Assembly: GCA_009103225.1 (NCBI GenBank)
Contig: RHPI01002069.1
Coordinates: forward strand, 134,739 to 198,738
Origin: Chlorokybus atmophyticus
Taxonomy: Eukaryota > Plantae > Mesostigma and Chlorokybus algae
Reading direction: 5' to 3'
DNA: 64,000 nt
Positions 63,855 through 64,000 of the stretch are shown piece by piece. The number at the start of each line of letters is the position of its first letter. Position 1 is the stretch's first letter. The position numbers were made by a program, and so were the translations under genes. The notes beneath the pieces were generated by a model. That model saw only the letters and a program-made list of their open reading frames with translations, did no database searches and was not told the DNA's origin.

Positions 63855-64000
63855 GCACGCAGCTGCACACACACTCACGTACATGGCTGCACCACTCACG
63901 CACGCATACACACACGCACGCAGCTGCACACACACACTCACGTACATGGCTGCACAACTCACGCACGCATACACACACGCACGCAGCTGCACACACACAC
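63855..64000. repeat. About 62-bp CA-rich minisatellite in transposase intron 2
   Basis: gcacgcagctgcacacacac..tcacgtacatggctgcac..actcacgcacgcatacacacac repeated about 2.3 times. Confidence 0.85.

Larger units (their letters stand above)
62591..64000 (+). mobile_element. Left part of a pogo/Tigger-like (Tc1/mariner superfamily) DNA transposon
   Basis: TA followed by CCGTATTTACCCCAAC terminus; subterminal ACAGTCCCC motifs in both orientations (62609-62728); downstream transposase exons. Confidence 0.75.

Noticed and set aside
1-64000. CRISPR arrays, tRNA or rRNA genes
   Set aside because: No regularly spaced repeat-spacer array and no tRNA/rRNA signature seen by eye; small ncRNAs cannot be excluded without covariance-model searches.

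Overview
Intron-rich eukaryotic DNA from the green lineage. Plant-type RGP, CXIP4, COX10, a lumenal FKBP and telo-boxes suggest a green or early streptophyte alga (inference). Manual splicing supports about 15 protein genes, mostly in head-to-head pairs: cystinosin/mS34; a Zn-hydrolase of the N-formylglutamate amidohydrolase clan/small membrane ORF; an orphan; COG5/COX10; a multidomain kinase; FKBP/CXIP4; BORCS6-like; Na+:solute symporter/RGP-like; aldolase/bacterial-type CorA; and alpha-amylase. The last 10 kb are TE-rich: a dead CRE-type non-LTR retroelement ending at (GA)n, a TRIM embedded in (GA)n, and a pogo-like transposon with an intron-containing transposase running off the window. The top candidate for an undescribed system is the gene at 24387-29133. 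It fuses an MLKL-like four-helix bundle, a WD40 propeller and an apparently active Raf/TKL kinase. Also notable are an RGP whose essential Arg is lost through an apparent compensating +1/-1 indel, two bacterial-like genes carrying introns, and at least four GC-AG introns. All gene models and family calls were made by eye; no searches were run.
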